A DNA stretch of 64,000 bases, taken from contig JAGFIW010000081.1 in assembly GCA_024103195.1 (NCBI GenBank), forward strand, positions 8,572 through 72,571, in the 5' to 3' direction. The DNA comes from Saprospiraceae bacterium (GTDB lineage: Bacteria; Bacteroidota; Bacteroidia; Chitinophagales; Saprospiraceae). Shown here piece by piece: positions 31,601-41,436 of the stretch (position 1 is the stretch's first letter; each line of letters starts with the position of its first letter). Under the pieces are notes generated by a model. It did no database searches. It had not been told where the DNA came from and saw nothing but the letters and a program-made list of their open reading frames with translations. The position numbers and the translations under genes were made by a program.

Positions 31601-33823
31601 GATGGCAGTAAGCGTGTAAGGGCCGGATTGTGCGGCTACCGTATCCTCCTGCGTGCTGTAAGGAGAACCGCCGAATGTCCAGACATACTGGGAGCCCGGT
31701 ACGTTGGAGCCGCCGTTCAACGGCGGTTGGGTGAGGAGGCAGGTCAGGGTATCGGTCGTGGCCGTCGGTTGGGGCGGGACGACATCTTCGATGACGGCCA
31801 CCGTCAGGCTGTCCACACAGCCGTTGACCGGGTTGGTGACCACCAGGGTGAATTGGCCGGGACCCGGGGCATCGATCACAGGCTGGTTGCCGATGACATT
31901 GCCGGAGGGGTTCTTCCATTGGAAGGTCACACCAGGTGTCAGGGACGCACCCTCCAATTGGACGACCGGTGCCAGACATGTGATGGTATCGGTCAAGGCG
32001 CTGACATCCGGCGGGTCCTGGTCTGCCATGACGACGACAGCGACCGTATTCGGACAACCCGTCTGGTCAGTCACCACAAACTGGTAGGTACCGGGCAGGG
32101 TGACGGTAGTCGAGGTATCGGTGGTGATGACCTGACCTTGAGGGTTGAGCCACTTGTAGGTAACATTCGGTGTCGGAGAAGTTCCCGTCAGCGTGACCTG
32201 TGGATTGTGGCAGGACAAATGGCCGCTGGACCAGGCATCTCCCTCGGGTTCAGGCAATTCGGTGACGATTACACAAACCGAGTCCGAGCAGGAGAACATG
32301 CCGTCCATTGAGGTGATGGTTGTCGTCAGACAATATTTGCCCGGCGTGGACACCCACATCATGGGGGTGGCGGGATCACCACCCAATTCTCCGCCGGCCA
32401 GGGCAGTCCACAGATATTCCACTTCGGCATCGGGAGGGTTCATCACAGAACCGGTGCCGTCAAGGAGAGCTTCATCCACAAAACAACCCAGTACATCCGG
32501 AGGGAAAATATAGGCCTCGATAAACATGGGCTCGATGAGAAAGCGGATGGTACTGTCGCAATGGGGTGGATTGGCCTTCGGAATGGTGATTTCCTTGTAT
32601 CCGGGAGGATCGCCAAACCATTTCTGCCCTCCGATGGAAATGGTGTCCGCCGCGCACATGAAAAACGTGCCCAGATCGACGGATACATGAGGATCAGCTT
32701 CAACAGTCAGGGTGATGACGGAATCACACCCCATGAAGTTTTCCAGGGTGACGTCATGAATGCCGGGGACGTAATCGTTGCCGGCATAGGTATAGGTAGT
32801 GCCATCACAAATGAGAACCGGGGCCGGGTCAACGGCATTGGTGACCACAAACCCGTTGACGGTAAGAGTGACCATGGAGTCGCAGTCATGAGGCACCGTC
32901 TTTAGGGTAATATCGTGAATGCCCGGGGGATAGTCCACTCCCCCATAGGAATAGGTGTCTTCGGCGCAAATAGTGACAGGTGGCGGATCCACGGGAATGA
33001 TCTCGTAAACGTTGATGGATTTGCAGATCTGGGAGGGCGCTTCGAATTCACCGACGCAGTGGTTGGACACATCCACACAAAGGTTGTAGGTGCCGGGTCC
33101 GGGGAAAGTGATGTTGACGGAATTTTCACCCCCTTCCTGGATCGGACTTCCGTCGAGATACCAGTGGAAAATGGTACCACCTGTGGGCGCCGGCACGGTG
33201 TAGGTGCCTGTTCCGGTAGCACAAATCGGGCTGGGTCCATCGATGATTCCCGGCCAGGGACCGATATCCGGCGGTCCGCAATCCGTGTTGACGTAGATCT
33301 CGATGGTACAGGTGTCGCCGGAACACCCGTCAATCATGAAGTAATAGATTTGCCCGATGACCAGGTTGTTGGCCTGGAATACCTGTTCCGTATTGAAACA
33401 GTTGGCCGTCATACAGAATATGAATTCCTCGGGCTGCTCCTGGCTGTCCAGACACAGACCGTCGCCGCCATAGCCGTAAATCGCCGCCTGAATACCACTG
33501 GCCCCGCAGTTGTAGGGCTTGATGGTGAGTTCGAGGTCGGTACAGCCGGCATAAAAGGCAAACCAGAAAGGATTATGGGGTGCACCACCTTCCGGACAAA
33601 GGGGATTGGGTGCCATGAAATTGTTCTCAGGCTTGGTTATCGTGCAATACCCGTTGATATCATTGAAATTGCAAAGAATGGGAGCCTCCATGCAGGTAGG
33701 GGTGGAAGGGGGCTCAGGTATGCACGGGGGCTGCCCGAATCCGGAATGACCGGCGATCAGGAGCCCGGATAGGCTTACATACCTGCCTGTTCGGGTAAGG
33801 AGAATGCGAAGGCGACTTGGCAT
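28616..33823 (-). CDS. giant cell-surface repeat protein with SprB repeat and type-B T9SS (gliding-motility-associated) C-terminal domain
   Basis: 1735 aa. Signal peptide, Cys-rich N-terminal region, three roughly 50-aa C..G..Y.Y.G..Y..G.H..TL...CDS modules, then 12 tandem 75-80-aa two-Cys Ig-like modules (...PG.Y.L.VT...NGC...). One SprB-type repeat (CFGERNGSIQILQVDGGTPPYLYSLNG). C-terminus VFNRWGERVF...GWDGTF...VYYARI...GDVTLMR. Confidence 0.85.
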   Translation of the reverse strand: MPSRLRILLTRTGRYVSLSGLLIAGHSGFGQPPCIPEPPSTPTCMEAPILCNFNDINGYCTITKPENNFMAPNPLCPEGGAPHNPFWFAFYAGCTDLELTIKPYNCGASGIQAAIYGYGGDGLCLDSQEQPEEFIFCMTANCFNTEQVFQANNLVIGQIYYFMIDGCSGDTCTIEIYVNTDCGPPDIGPWPGIIDGPSPICATGTGTYTVPAPTGGTIFHWYLDGSPIQEGGENSVNITFPGPGTYNLCVDVSNHCVGEFEAPSQICKSINVYEIIPVDPPPVTICAEDTYSYGGVDYPPGIHDITLKTVPHDCDSMVTLTVNGFVVTNAVDPAPVLICDGTTYTYAGNDYVPGIHDVTLENFMGCDSVITLTVEADPHVSVDLGTFFMCAADTISIGGQKWFGDPPGYKEITIPKANPPHCDSTIRFLIEPMFIEAYIFPPDVLGCFVDEALLDGTGSVMNPPDAEVEYLWTALAGGELGGDPATPMMWVSTPGKYCLTTTITSMDGMFSCSDSVCVIVTELPEPEGDAWSSGHLSCHNPQVTLTGTSPTPNVTYKWLNPQGQVITTDTSTTVTLPGTYQFVVTDQTGCPNTVAVVVMADQDPPDVSALTDTITCLAPVVQLEGASLTPGVTFQWKNPSGNVIGNQPVIDAPGPGQFTLVVTNPVNGCVDSLTVAVIEDVVPPQPTATTDTLTCLLTQPPLNGGSNVPGSQYVWTFGGSPYSTQEDTVAAQSGPYTLTAIHPVNGCSKDTTIVVPEDTTPPDAQAEGDSLDCIKTIGTLTGSSATQGATFSWTDPVGNPAGNTASIQVSVPGQYVLTVTGPNGCTQTTTAEAVLDAVIPDVWIATTDDTISCAVTDIQLAGTASMPVTWVWTTPSGTVLGTDSLLAVQQSGPYVLTVTAANGCTNQATVTIGEDLTPPVIDLAQGGVIDCIASSITLNGTSSTPGVSYQWYTPTGSPLGSGPNPSVTAPGNYLLVITGYNGCKDSAQAMVTASPDLPQDVFASNDGPITCSQTSVQIEAGSSTAGVTYQWSGPGYSGSGTQASVLVPGIYAVTVTNPSNGCTVATQTTVGIDTLHPVLSTTGNLINCYNPTVPVSVQSTPSAGVSYQWADPSQVPFGGNTPQIQVNTPGIWTVTVTHPTNGCTAIATATVTSNVATPGITIPPVQPLTCANPVRTLTNTPGTGVDYQWSGPDIQAGNQQEPEPNISLPGTYSVTVTDPVNGCTSTASTVVTEDKVAPQIQLNGGLLDCNQTSLDLTGNVQPASGISVQWLRDGSPIAGSSTTLSVQLPGTYTLVVTNTANGCTAEQSAQVTQDIAVPDVAVTEGVLTCTAPDLVLTGSSATPGITYHWAGPGGFTSTSPQPTVTVPGAYVLTVTAPNGCTNQATAQVTEDKDLPTAMASAANILDCAQPSTTLSASGSSSGPDISYTWTNPAGQPAGTGALLSQVNVPGVYVLTVFNAFNGCSATANVLVEENTNRPSGLESVIQDPRCFGERNGSIQILQVDGGTPPYLYSLNGGPFTPNAQFSGLGEGTYVITVQDAAGCLFTAPDFDIMEPLPLTVELGEDFILQWGRDTFLYALISPPNAPITSILWTPAGVDTTLSSREIYIRPYNQTLYGVTVTDTAGCRAEDKVLVLVEKRRPVYIPNVFHPGGDQNTRFYIQAGDGVEEIEVLEVFNRWGERVFRGDGLPPNDPSVGWDGTFRDKPANPEVFVYYARIRFNDGITILYKGDVTLMR
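29400..32230 (-). repeat. 12 tandem protein-level Ig-like modules inside the adhesin gene (coordinates approximate)
   Basis: Manual parsing from LPEPEGDAWSSGHLSC... to ...NAFNGCSATANVLVEEN. Each unit has one early Cys, a Y/F-x-W motif, PG-x-Y-x-L/V-x-VT and NGC. Confidence 0.6.
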
Positions 33824-34015
33824 GGCAATAGGTTTGGTCGAGACGGGGGCGAATCTGACAATAAGAAGTTGTCGGAAGACAAAATGCTGCCTGATCCGCC
33901 TGACAAAGGCTCTAAAGATAGATCAAAATGTCGGAATGTGTACCGACCCTCTGCTCCCGGATTTTCGGCAACATGGACGGGTTGACCACGATGGACGCAT
34001 GGCAGGCAACCTCTT

Positions 34016-35755
34016 TCAACGGACCAACATGACCGTACCCGATGCCGATATGGTTTTGCCGTCCGGGCCGGTCAGGTCCAACGTCCACACATAAATGCCC
34101 GACAGGGCCTCTCCGGCGTCGGTTTTTCCGGTCCACCCCATAGCAGGGTCGGTGGAGCGGAAAATCTCTCCCCCCCACCGGTTGAACACCGAAAAGGCAT
34201 ACCTGGTCAACCCGGCAGGGACGACCAGGGGTTTGAATTCGTTATTGATGCCTCGTGGTGCAAAGGCATTGGGCACCCACACCCGGATCTCCTGGCGGGC
34301 ACAAGCCCGGTTGCTCCGGGAAATGCGCCTCTCCGTTCCGCCTGGCAAGGCAATGCGGTAGGTCGCTTCCACCTCATAGCATACCGCTTCCTGGGAGGGC
34401 AGGCCGTCCTCGGGGGTATGGAGAAAAAAGGTATCGGTCGTCTGACCAAGCGGGAGAATCAGGTTCCCCCTGCGTTCGAATACCTCATAGTTCTCGATGA
34501 TGGCTCCATCGATGAAAAGAGGGGTCCAAACCAGTTCGTTCATTTGATCAGGGCGGGCCGTGGCCCTAAGCCAGACCGGTGCAGCAGGGGCAGATTGCCA
34601 ATCCTGCCCGCACAGATCCCGGGCAAAAACCTGGTACTCCCATCTGCGTGCCGAAGGATCGGCCCCGGGATCCGCATAGGTATTTACCGCCAGCAAGGGC
34701 ATCGTCACGGTCACCGGTTGGATCGGCTGAAAAACGCCTCCGGTTTCACGGCGGGCGATGCCGGCAAGTTCGAGTTCCGCATAGGGCTCCCAAATCCATT
34801 CCAGCTCGATTTCCGGTGTCGCATTGACTCCGATATATTTGATCTGCATCTGACGAGGCGGCTGAATGATGTCCGGAGTCAGACAGCGCTCGTTCGATCT
34901 GGATTCGGAGGCCGTACCCGCCTCGAAAGCGCGAATGGTCACGCAATAGGATGTCTGCGCATCGACATCGGGGATGGAGTAGGAAGTAGCGGATGGATCC
35001 AGGGTTGCCAGCAGTTGGGCTTGCCCTCCCTGCCGGGAGACCCACACCTCCTGACGGTCCACACCACCCGTCCAGTTGACATAGGGATTCCAGCTCAAAT
35101 CAATGGTCCGGGCACAGGGATCCACTGTCTCCTGAAGGTGGATGGTCTGGTGCAGGACGTCAAAAAGACTGGTATTGCCGCAGGCATCTGCGGCCAGGAC
35201 ATAGTAGATTTCCGAGCGACTGTCGGGATTGGCAGTCGTATCCGTATAAGTCGTGGTCCCAAAGACCGTATCAATGGGAACGGTCCCCCCCGGGGTATTG
35301 CGGTAAATGATGTACCGGTCGGCCTGGGTGGCCTGACTGGCGGGCCAGGAGAGTTGGACATGGCCGCCGTTGACCGTGACGGCTGCCAGGATGACACGGG
35401 GGATGGGAGCTCCCGACAATGTATCGGAGGAGAGGCGAACAAATCCCGGACACTGATGGGAGGACTGCATGTAGTAATACCACACCTGGTTGCCGGCCGA
35501 AGCGTGATGGTAGGAGGTCTGGTTGGGATCGGTGATGGTGGCGATCAGTTGGTAGGGGCCGCCGGGTTGGAGACTTCCGAAAAGGAGTCTGGCCTGGAAA
35601 GGGCCGCAGGTGTTGCCCGTGGGGAGGTCCCAGAAAAGCGTGTCATTTTTGATACAGGTAAGCTCGGGCGGATAAAGGAGGTTTTGTGCCTCCGTTACCC
35701 CGGGGAGGGACATCCAGCCCAAGACAGCTACAAGGGTTATCCAAATCCGTTTCAT
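34016..35755 (-). CDS. FN3-like repeat surface protein with type-B T9SS C-terminal domain
   Basis: Signal peptide [26 protein letters not shown]3-like segments (VQLSWPASQATQADRYIIYR). C-terminus PNAFAPRGINNEFKP...VFNRWGGEIFRS...GWTGK...GIYVWTL...GTVMLVR. Confidence 0.8.
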   Translation of the reverse strand: MKRIWITLVAVLGWMSLPGVTEAQNLLYPPELTCIKNDTLFWDLPTGNTCGPFQARLLFGSLQPGGPYQLIATITDPNQTSYHHASAGNQVWYYYMQSSHQCPGFVRLSSDTLSGAPIPRVILAAVTVNGGHVQLSWPASQATQADRYIIYRNTPGGTVPIDTVFGTTTYTDTTANPDSRSEIYYVLAADACGNTSLFDVLHQTIHLQETVDPCARTIDLSWNPYVNWTGGVDRQEVWVSRQGGQAQLLATLDPSATSYSIPDVDAQTSYCVTIRAFEAGTASESRSNERCLTPDIIQPPRQMQIKYIGVNATPEIELEWIWEPYAELELAGIARRETGGVFQPIQPVTVTMPLLAVNTYADPGADPSARRWEYQVFARDLCGQDWQSAPAAPVWLRATARPDQMNELVWTPLFIDGAIIENYEVFERRGNLILPLGQTTDTFFLHTPEDGLPSQEAVCYEVEATYRIALPGGTERRISRSNRACARQEIRVWVPNAFAPRGINNEFKPLVVPAGLTRYAFSVFNRWGGEIFRSTDPAMGWTGKTDAGEALSGIYVWTLDLTGPDGKTISASGTVMLVR

Positions 35756-36522
35756 GGCAATGTCCCGCGAGACTTTTCGTATTCCTCCCGCGTCTGGCGG
35801 GTCGCCAGGCGGTAAAGGATGGTGTCACCGGGCTGTGGTACCTGCTGCCAGGCGGCAAGGCCGATACCGCGTGCATAGACCTCTTCACCCGAATATTCCA
35901 GGGTCAGGAATCCTTCCTGTTCCACTTCGATTTTCTCCTTCAACGCAAAGACAAGAGCGGGAAAATCCCCGTCCGCCAGGGTGATTTGATCCATGCCCTT
36001 TAAACGTCTGTAACGCGTTCGTGTTGTCAGCAATGTCGAGTCCCCGGGTTCCGGGTACCGGAGTTGGAACGCAAAGACACGACTGGTATCGGCGACTTCA
36101 TAGGGAAAAAGATTCCTCCGCAGGATTTGAGGTTCCAGCCGCATGATTTGCCCGCTGGAATCCGTCAGGTAACGGGTATAGGACAGAGCAACCGTTCCGT
36201 TTTGCACCTCCAGCTCCCGCACTTCCTGGATCAGGGTGTGCGTGTTGTCATAGATACGCGTGGACAGTACCCTTCCGGAATCCGTTTGCGTGCTTTGCAG
36301 GAGCCAGATCTGGGTCCCGAAGCCCAATTCCATGACCGGCTCATAGACATAGACCATCCCGTCTTCCAGCTCGGAAAGGGGGAAGTAGAACGATCGGTAC
36401 CCCTCGTCCTCTATTGCACATCCATACACCAAAAAGATGCCGGCGATCAAAGCGCGGACCAGGTGACATTTTGTCGGTTGCAGGGGGTGTGGAACGATTG
36501 TGGAGGCCGTTTCTCCAGGCAT
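35752..36522 (-). CDS. hypothetical lipoprotein, first gene of the adhesin operon
   Basis: [15 protein letters not shown] lipobox-like signal. ATGA overlap with the downstream 579-aa gene. No recognisable domain. Confidence 0.55.
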   Translation of the reverse strand: MPGETASTIVPHPLQPTKCHLVRALIAGIFLVYGCAIEDEGYRSFYFPLSELEDGMVYVYEPVMELGFGTQIWLLQSTQTDSGRVLSTRIYDNTHTLIQEVRELEVQNGTVALSYTRYLTDSSGQIMRLEPQILRRNLFPYEVADTSRVFAFQLRYPEPGDSTLLTTRTRYRRLKGMDQITLADGDFPALVFALKEKIEVEQEGFLTLEYSGEEVYARGIGLAAWQQVPQPGDTILYRLATRQTREEYEKSRGTLP

Positions 36523-36530
36523 AGCGGCCT

Positions 36531-36538
36531 CAAAGTTA
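36531..36538 (-). promoter_or_regulatory. -7 box TAACTTTG for the adhesin operon
   Basis: Plus strand reads CAAAGTTA. 8 nt upstream of ATG 36522. Confidence 0.35.
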
Positions 36539-36541
36539 TGC

Positions 36542-36549
36542 TATCTTTG
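36542..36549 (+). promoter_or_regulatory. -7 box TATCTTTG upstream of secA
   Basis: Exact TAnnTTTG match, 34 nt before ATG 36584. Confidence 0.45.
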
Positions 36550-36583
36550 CTCTTTCATCATTGACCCCCGACATCCACCCCAT

Positions 36584-39500
36584 ATGAGTTTCCTGACCAA
36601 AACGATAGGCAAGTTATTCGGGAACAAACAGGATCGTGACCGGCGCCTTTACGACCCCCGCGTCGAAGAGATCAATGCCTATGCCGAATCCTTCAGGACC
36701 CTTTCCCATGACGAATTGCGGCAGAAAACCCTGGCATTCAGAACCCGGATCAGCGACTATCTCAGCGAGGTGGATGCAGATCTCGTCCGGTTGAAAGACC
36801 AGGCTCTGGCGGAGGAGGATTTCCACGAAAAGGAAGTCCTGTTCAACCAGGTGGATGAGATGGAAAAGCAAAGGGACCAATACCTCGAAGAAATCCTTCG
36901 CGAACTACTTCCCGAGGCTTTTGCCGTCGTCAAGGAAACGGCGCGTCGTTTCTCGGAAAACGAAACGATCACGGTAACGGCTACGGATCACGACCGAAAT
37001 TTGGCGGCTTCAAAAAGCTACATCCAGATCCAGGGGGACAAAGCTGTCTGGAAAAACAAGTGGATGGCGGCTGGTGCCGAAATCACCTGGAATATGGTGC
37101 ATTACGATGTCCAGTTGATTGGCGGTATGGTTTTGCACGATGGCAAAATCGCTGAAATGGCTACCGGTGAAGGTAAAACACTGGTATCCACCCTGCCTGC
37201 CTATCTCAACGGCCTGGCCGGCAAAGGGGTCCACATCATTACCGTCAACGATTATCTGGCCCGGCGGGACAGTGAATGGAACGGGCCCATCTATGAATTT
37301 CTGCTCCTGACGGTCGACTGCATCGACAAGTATCCTTCGCATACGCCTCAGCGCCGGCAGGCATACCAGTGCGACATCACCTACGGGACCAACAACGAAT
37401 TCGGCTTTGATTACCTGAGGGACAACATGGTGAGGACGCCCGAGGAGATGGTCCAGGCCAAGCACCATTTTGCCATGGTCGATGAAGTGGACTCCGTGCT
37501 CATCGACGATGCGCGGACCCCGCTCATCATTTCCGGTCCTGTGTCCAAAGGAGCCGATGACCAGGAATACAATGAGTTGAATCCCAAGATCAAACGCCTG
37601 ATTGATGCCCAGCAAAAACTCGCGGCGGAATACCTGGCCGAAGCCAGGAAACTGGTGGCGGACGGTATTCTCGGCGTCAATGAGGGAGAAGCGGGTATGG
37701 CCCTGTTGCGGGCCCACCGCGCTTTGCCCAAATACCGCCCCCTGATCAAGTTTCTCAGTGAGGAAGGCGTGAAAGTCCTCCTGCAGAAGACGGAGAATTT
37801 CTACATGCAGGAGCAGTCCAAAAACATGCACCTGGTGGATGAGCCCCTCCTGTTTACCATTGACGAAAAAAATCGTCAGGTGGACCTCACGGACAATGGC
37901 GCCGAGTTTATGGCCAGGGGCAATGAGGACCCGGGTATGTTCGTACTCCCTGACCTGGCAACCCGTATGATGGAAATCGAGCAGGAAACGGAACTGTCGC
38001 CGGCCGACCGTCTTGCCGCCCGCCAGAAGCTCACCCAGGAATTTGCCGTGAAATCCAACCGCCTCCATGCGGTGCATCAGTTGCTCAAAGCCTATACCCT
38101 GTTCGACCGCGATCAGGAATATGTGGTGGTGGATGGCCAGGTGAAAATTGTCGATGAGCAAACCGGCCGTATGATGGAAGGTCGGCGGTATTCGGACGGC
38201 CTCCATCAAGCGTTGGAAGCCAAGGAGAATGTCAAGGTTGGCGAGATCACACAAACTTATGCCACCATCACGCTGCAGAATTATTTCCGGATGTACCACA
38301 AGCTGGCCGGCATGACCGGAACAGCTGAAACTGAAGCGGGTGAATTCTGGGAGATCTACAAACTCGATGTGGTGGTCATCCCCACCAATCGCGCCATCCT
38401 GCGCGAGGACCGGGATGATCTGGTTTTCAAGACCGCCAGGGAAAAATACAATGCCGTCATTGATGAGATTGTACGGCTCCGCGAAGCCGGCAGACCCGTT
38501 TTGGTCGGCACCACCTCCGTCGACATTTCCGAGAAGCTGAGCAGGATGCTCCAGATGAGAGCCATCCCACACAACGTCCTCAACGCCAAGCAGCACCAGC
38601 GCGAGGCCGAGGTGGTGACGGAAGCCGGACGCAGCGGCACCGTAACCATAGCCACCAACATGGCTGGCCGGGGTACGGATATCAAGATTGATGAAAAATC
38701 GCGTGCCGCCGGAGGCCTGGCCATTATCGGTACCGAACGTCACGACTCCAGGCGGGTGGATCGCCAGTTGCGGGGGCGCTCAGGCCGACAAGGGGATCCG
38801 GGTAGCTCCCAGTTTTTTGTCTCTCTCGAGGACAACCTGATGCGTCTCTTCCACTCCGAACGCATCGCCAAGTTGATGGACCGCATGGGCCACAAGGAAG
38901 GGGAAGTGATTCAGCACCCCTGGGTGACCAAATCCATCGAAAAGGCCCAACGGCGTGTGGAGGAAAACAATTTCGGTATCCGCAAGCGTCTCCTGGAGTA
39001 CGACGATGTCATGAACATCCAGCGGGAGGCCATTTATACCAAGCGCAAAAACGCCCTCCATGGCGACAGGCTCGCTGTGGACATCCACAACATGTTCTCC
39101 AGCCTGATCGAAAATGTCGTCCTCAACCATCGCCACAACGGTGATTATGAATCGTTCCGGATTGATGCTGTCCGGCTCCTCGGGATCGATCCCGAGCTCG
39201 ACCCGGTGCAGTTCAAAAACGGCCAGGAACAGGATGTCATCGAGGCATTCAGAAACCGGGTGGACGCCATTTACCGCGACAAAGGGAATCGCATTTCGGA
39301 AGTACTCATGCCTTTGGTCCGCCAGGTACACGACAATGAAGGTCACCGGTACAAGCGGATAGCCTTGCCATTCACGGACGGCAGCGCACACCCGCTGGCC
39401 GTCAGTGCGGATCTAAAGCTGGCCGTGGACAGCAAAGGGCGTTCCCTGATGACCGAAATCGAAAAGACCGTCACGCTGGCGCTCATTGACGATCAATGGA

Positions 39501-39907
39501 AGGAACACCTGCGCTCCATGGACGAGTTGAAGGATTCCGTCCAATCGGCCTCTTTTGAACAGAAAGACCCCCTGGTCATCTACAAAATGGAGGCCTACAA
39601 TCTGTTTGAACAGCTGATCTACCAGATCAATGAGAAGGTGTCCTCCTATCTCCTGAGAGGTACACTGGCCTTCCAGGACGGCAGTACGCTGGAGGCCGCG
39701 CGCACGACCAAGACCGACCTCAGCAAGACCAAAGCCAACCGTTCGCCCGAACAGGAGGAGGCTGCCCGTGCCAAAGCGGCGGCGGCGGGTGTCAGTCAGC
39801 GATCTGCCAAACCCGACACCTTTATCCGGCAAGACAAAAAGATCGGTCGGAATGATCCCTGTCCCTGCGGCAGCGGGAAGAAATACAAACAATGTCACGG
39901 TTCCTGA
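36584..39907 (+). CDS. secA: preprotein translocase ATPase SecA
   Basis: [10 protein letters not shown] Walker [21 protein letters not shown]-terminal zinc finger [15 protein letters not shown]-terminus [13 protein letters not shown] from ATG 36584. Confidence 0.95.
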   Translation: MSFLTKTIGKLFGNKQDRDRRLYDPRVEEINAYAESFRTLSHDELRQKTLAFRTRISDYLSEVDADLVRLKDQALAEEDFHEKEVLFNQVDEMEKQRDQYLEEILRELLPEAFAVVKETARRFSENETITVTATDHDRNLAASKSYIQIQGDKAVWKNKWMAAGAEITWNMVHYDVQLIGGMVLHDGKIAEMATGEGKTLVSTLPAYLNGLAGKGVHIITVNDYLARRDSEWNGPIYEFLLLTVDCIDKYPSHTPQRRQAYQCDITYGTNNEFGFDYLRDNMVRTPEEMVQAKHHFAMVDEVDSVLIDDARTPLIISGPVSKGADDQEYNELNPKIKRLIDAQQKLAAEYLAEARKLVADGILGVNEGEAGMALLRAHRALPKYRPLIKFLSEEGVKVLLQKTENFYMQEQSKNMHLVDEPLLFTIDEKNRQVDLTDNGAEFMARGNEDPGMFVLPDLATRMMEIEQETELSPADRLAARQKLTQEFAVKSNRLHAVHQLLKAYTLFDRDQEYVVVDGQVKIVDEQTGRMMEGRRYSDGLHQALEAKENVKVGEITQTYATITLQNYFRMYHKLAGMTGTAETEAGEFWEIYKLDVVVIPTNRAILREDRDDLVFKTAREKYNAVIDEIVRLREAGRPVLVGTTSVDISEKLSRMLQMRAIPHNVLNAKQHQREAEVVTEAGRSGTVTIATNMAGRGTDIKIDEKSRAAGGLAIIGTERHDSRRVDRQLRGRSGRQGDPGSSQFFVSLEDNLMRLFHSERIAKLMDRMGHKEGEVIQHPWVTKSIEKAQRRVEENNFGIRKRLLEYDDVMNIQREAIYTKRKNALHGDRLAVDIHNMFSSLIENVVLNHRHNGDYESFRIDAVRLLGIDPELDPVQFKNGQEQDVIEAFRNRVDAIYRDKGNRISEVLMPLVRQVHDNEGHRYKRIALPFTDGSAHPLAVSADLKLAVDSKGRSLMTEIEKTVTLALIDDQWKEHLRSMDELKDSVQSASFEQKDPLVIYKMEAYNLFEQLIYQINEKVSSYLLRGTLAFQDGSTLEAARTTKTDLSKTKANRSPEQEEAARAKAAAAGVSQRSAKPDTFIRQDKKIGRNDPCPCGSGKKYKQCHGS

Positions 39908-40617
39908 TGGAGGTTTCGCTCCTTCAGAGGATGAATTCCACGCCCATGACCAAAGCCCAATTAGCCTGCGTATTGGAGTCTACCCTGCTCAAACCCGAAA
40001 CCCGGACGTCGGACATCCACGCCCTTTGCGAGGAAGCCGTAGACCTGGGTCTGGCCGGGGTATGTGTCCCTCCCTATTATGTCAAGGAAGCCAGACGTCG
40101 TGTGGAAGGCAGTCCGGTCCGGACCATCTCGGTAGCCGGCTTCCCGCTGGGTTACAATCACACGGCGGCCAAGGTGGAGGAGATCAAGAAGATGTGTCAT
40201 GACGGGGTGGATGAAGTGGACGCCGTCGTTCATATCACCGCCATCCGGGACGGCAATTGGAGCTATGTGGAAAACGACCTGTCGGCTATGGTCCAGATAG
40301 CCCATCTCAAGAATACACCGATCAAGTTGATCATAGAATCCGGTATGTTGACACCGGAAGAAATCCGCAAGGTGTGCCAATTGGCCGAGCAATGGCAGGT
40401 GGATTTCATCAAAACCAGCACGGGCATGTTGGCGCCTGGTCCGGATGCTCAGGATATCCGGTATATCAAAAGCCAACTGACCAGACCTGAAACACGCATC
40501 AAGGCCTCTGCCGGGATCCGGACGGCAGAAAAGGCCCTGGCCCTGATCGATGCCGGCGCTGACCGGATCGGCACCTCTTCCGCAGCCGCCATTCTGGCAG
40601 GATATCCCGTGGCATGA
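39907..40617 (+). CDS. deoC: deoxyribose-phosphate aldolase
   Basis: LESTLLKPET...ICVPPYYV...DFIKTSTG (Schiff-base Lys region). Start is ambiguous: ATGs at 39892, 39907, 39931 and 39946. Family N-termini favour 39946 (MTKAQLA...). Confidence 0.8.
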   Translation: MEVSLLQRMNSTPMTKAQLACVLESTLLKPETRTSDIHALCEEAVDLGLAGVCVPPYYVKEARRRVEGSPVRTISVAGFPLGYNHTAAKVEEIKKMCHDGVDEVDAVVHITAIRDGNWSYVENDLSAMVQIAHLKNTPIKLIIESGMLTPEEIRKVCQLAEQWQVDFIKTSTGMLAPGPDAQDIRYIKSQLTRPETRIKASAGIRTAEKALALIDAGADRIGTSSAAAILAGYPVA

Positions 40618-40636
40618 CGCCAGGCACGTTTTTCTG

Positions 40637-41371
40637 ATGGTCTACCTGCGCGCGCTTCTAACCATACTGTTGGTCCTCACCGTGATCCCGTTCCTGCTGG
40701 TAGCCGGTGTCTTTCCGGGCCTTGACCCCCGGCTGAGGGTGCGGCAGCTCTGGGTGAAAATGATTCTTTTCGTGTTGGGCGTTCGCCTGAAATGGGAGGG
40801 TACTGTCCCAGTGCATCCGGCTATTCTCGTTGCCAATCACCGGAGCTATCTCGATCCGCTTTTACTGCTGACCCGGGTCAAAGCCTTGCCTGTTGCCAAA
40901 GCCGAGATGGCTCGCTGGCCATTGATCGGTACAGCTGCCCGATTGTCCGGGATCTTCTTTGTCCAAAGGGACAAACCCAAAGACCGGGCCCGCACCCTTG
41001 ATGCCATCGGCAGGGCTGTCCTGGAGGGCCATTCCATCCTTATATTTCCCGAAGGGACCACCCATGACCGTCCCGGCCTCCTTCCCTTCCGCAAAGGCAT
41101 TTTCCAGGTGGCAGCCCGGACTGGCATACCGGTGGTACCCGTTGCGCTCGAATTCGAAGACCCCGCCGATTTCTGGATTGGAGACGATACCTTCGTCGCC
41201 CATTTCTTCCGCCGATTCGGGAAGAGGAAGACGCGGGCAGCCGTCAGCCTGGGCCCCGTCCTGCAGGGAGCGGATCCGGTCGCCCTCATGGAGGAAGCCC
41301 ATGAATGGATATCCGGCCATCTGCCTGTATTGCTCCAGCATATGGCGGACAGGAAAGGTCCGACAAAATGA
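40637..41371 (+). CDS. plsC: 1-acyl-sn-glycerol-3-phosphate acyltransferase
   Basis: HX4D motif NHRSYLDP, FPEGTT motif, N-terminal TM helix. ATG 40637 preferred over 40550, which lies inside deoC. Confidence 0.85.
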   Translation: MVYLRALLTILLVLTVIPFLLVAGVFPGLDPRLRVRQLWVKMILFVLGVRLKWEGTVPVHPAILVANHRSYLDPLLLLTRVKALPVAKAEMARWPLIGTAARLSGIFFVQRDKPKDRARTLDAIGRAVLEGHSILIFPEGTTHDRPGLLPFRKGIFQVAARTGIPVVPVALEFEDPADFWIGDDTFVAHFFRRFGKRKTRAAVSLGPVLQGADPVALMEEAHEWISGHLPVLLQHMADRKGPTK

Positions 41372-41374
41372 AAC

Positions 41375-41406
41375 AAAAAAAACCTCCCGGATCCGGGAGG
41401 GTTTTT
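41375..41406. terminator. bidirectional rho-independent terminator between convergent plsC and rplY
   Basis: AAAAAAAA-CCTCCCGGATCCGGGAGG-GTTTTT. An 18-nt perfect palindrome flanked by an A8 run and a T5 run. Confidence 0.75.
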
Positions 41407-41436
41407 GTCAATGGTAGCTCCGGGAAAACCGGAAGA

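Noticed and set aside
28610-35815. Plus-strand ORFs of 308-465 aa (28610-29986, 30017-30943, 31049-32311, 34418-35815) opposite the adhesin genes
   Set aside because: They are Arg/Gly-rich nonsense translations. The minus-strand frames carry signal peptides, repeat modules and T9SS CTDs.
37010-38743. 577-aa ORF antisense to secA. Similar long antisense ORFs occur at 1964-3151 and 18050-19528.
   Set aside because: They lie opposite genes with unambiguous family motifs. Their translations are low-complexity (Gly/Arg/Pro/His-rich) with no motifs. These are typical shadow ORFs of GC-rich coding DNA.
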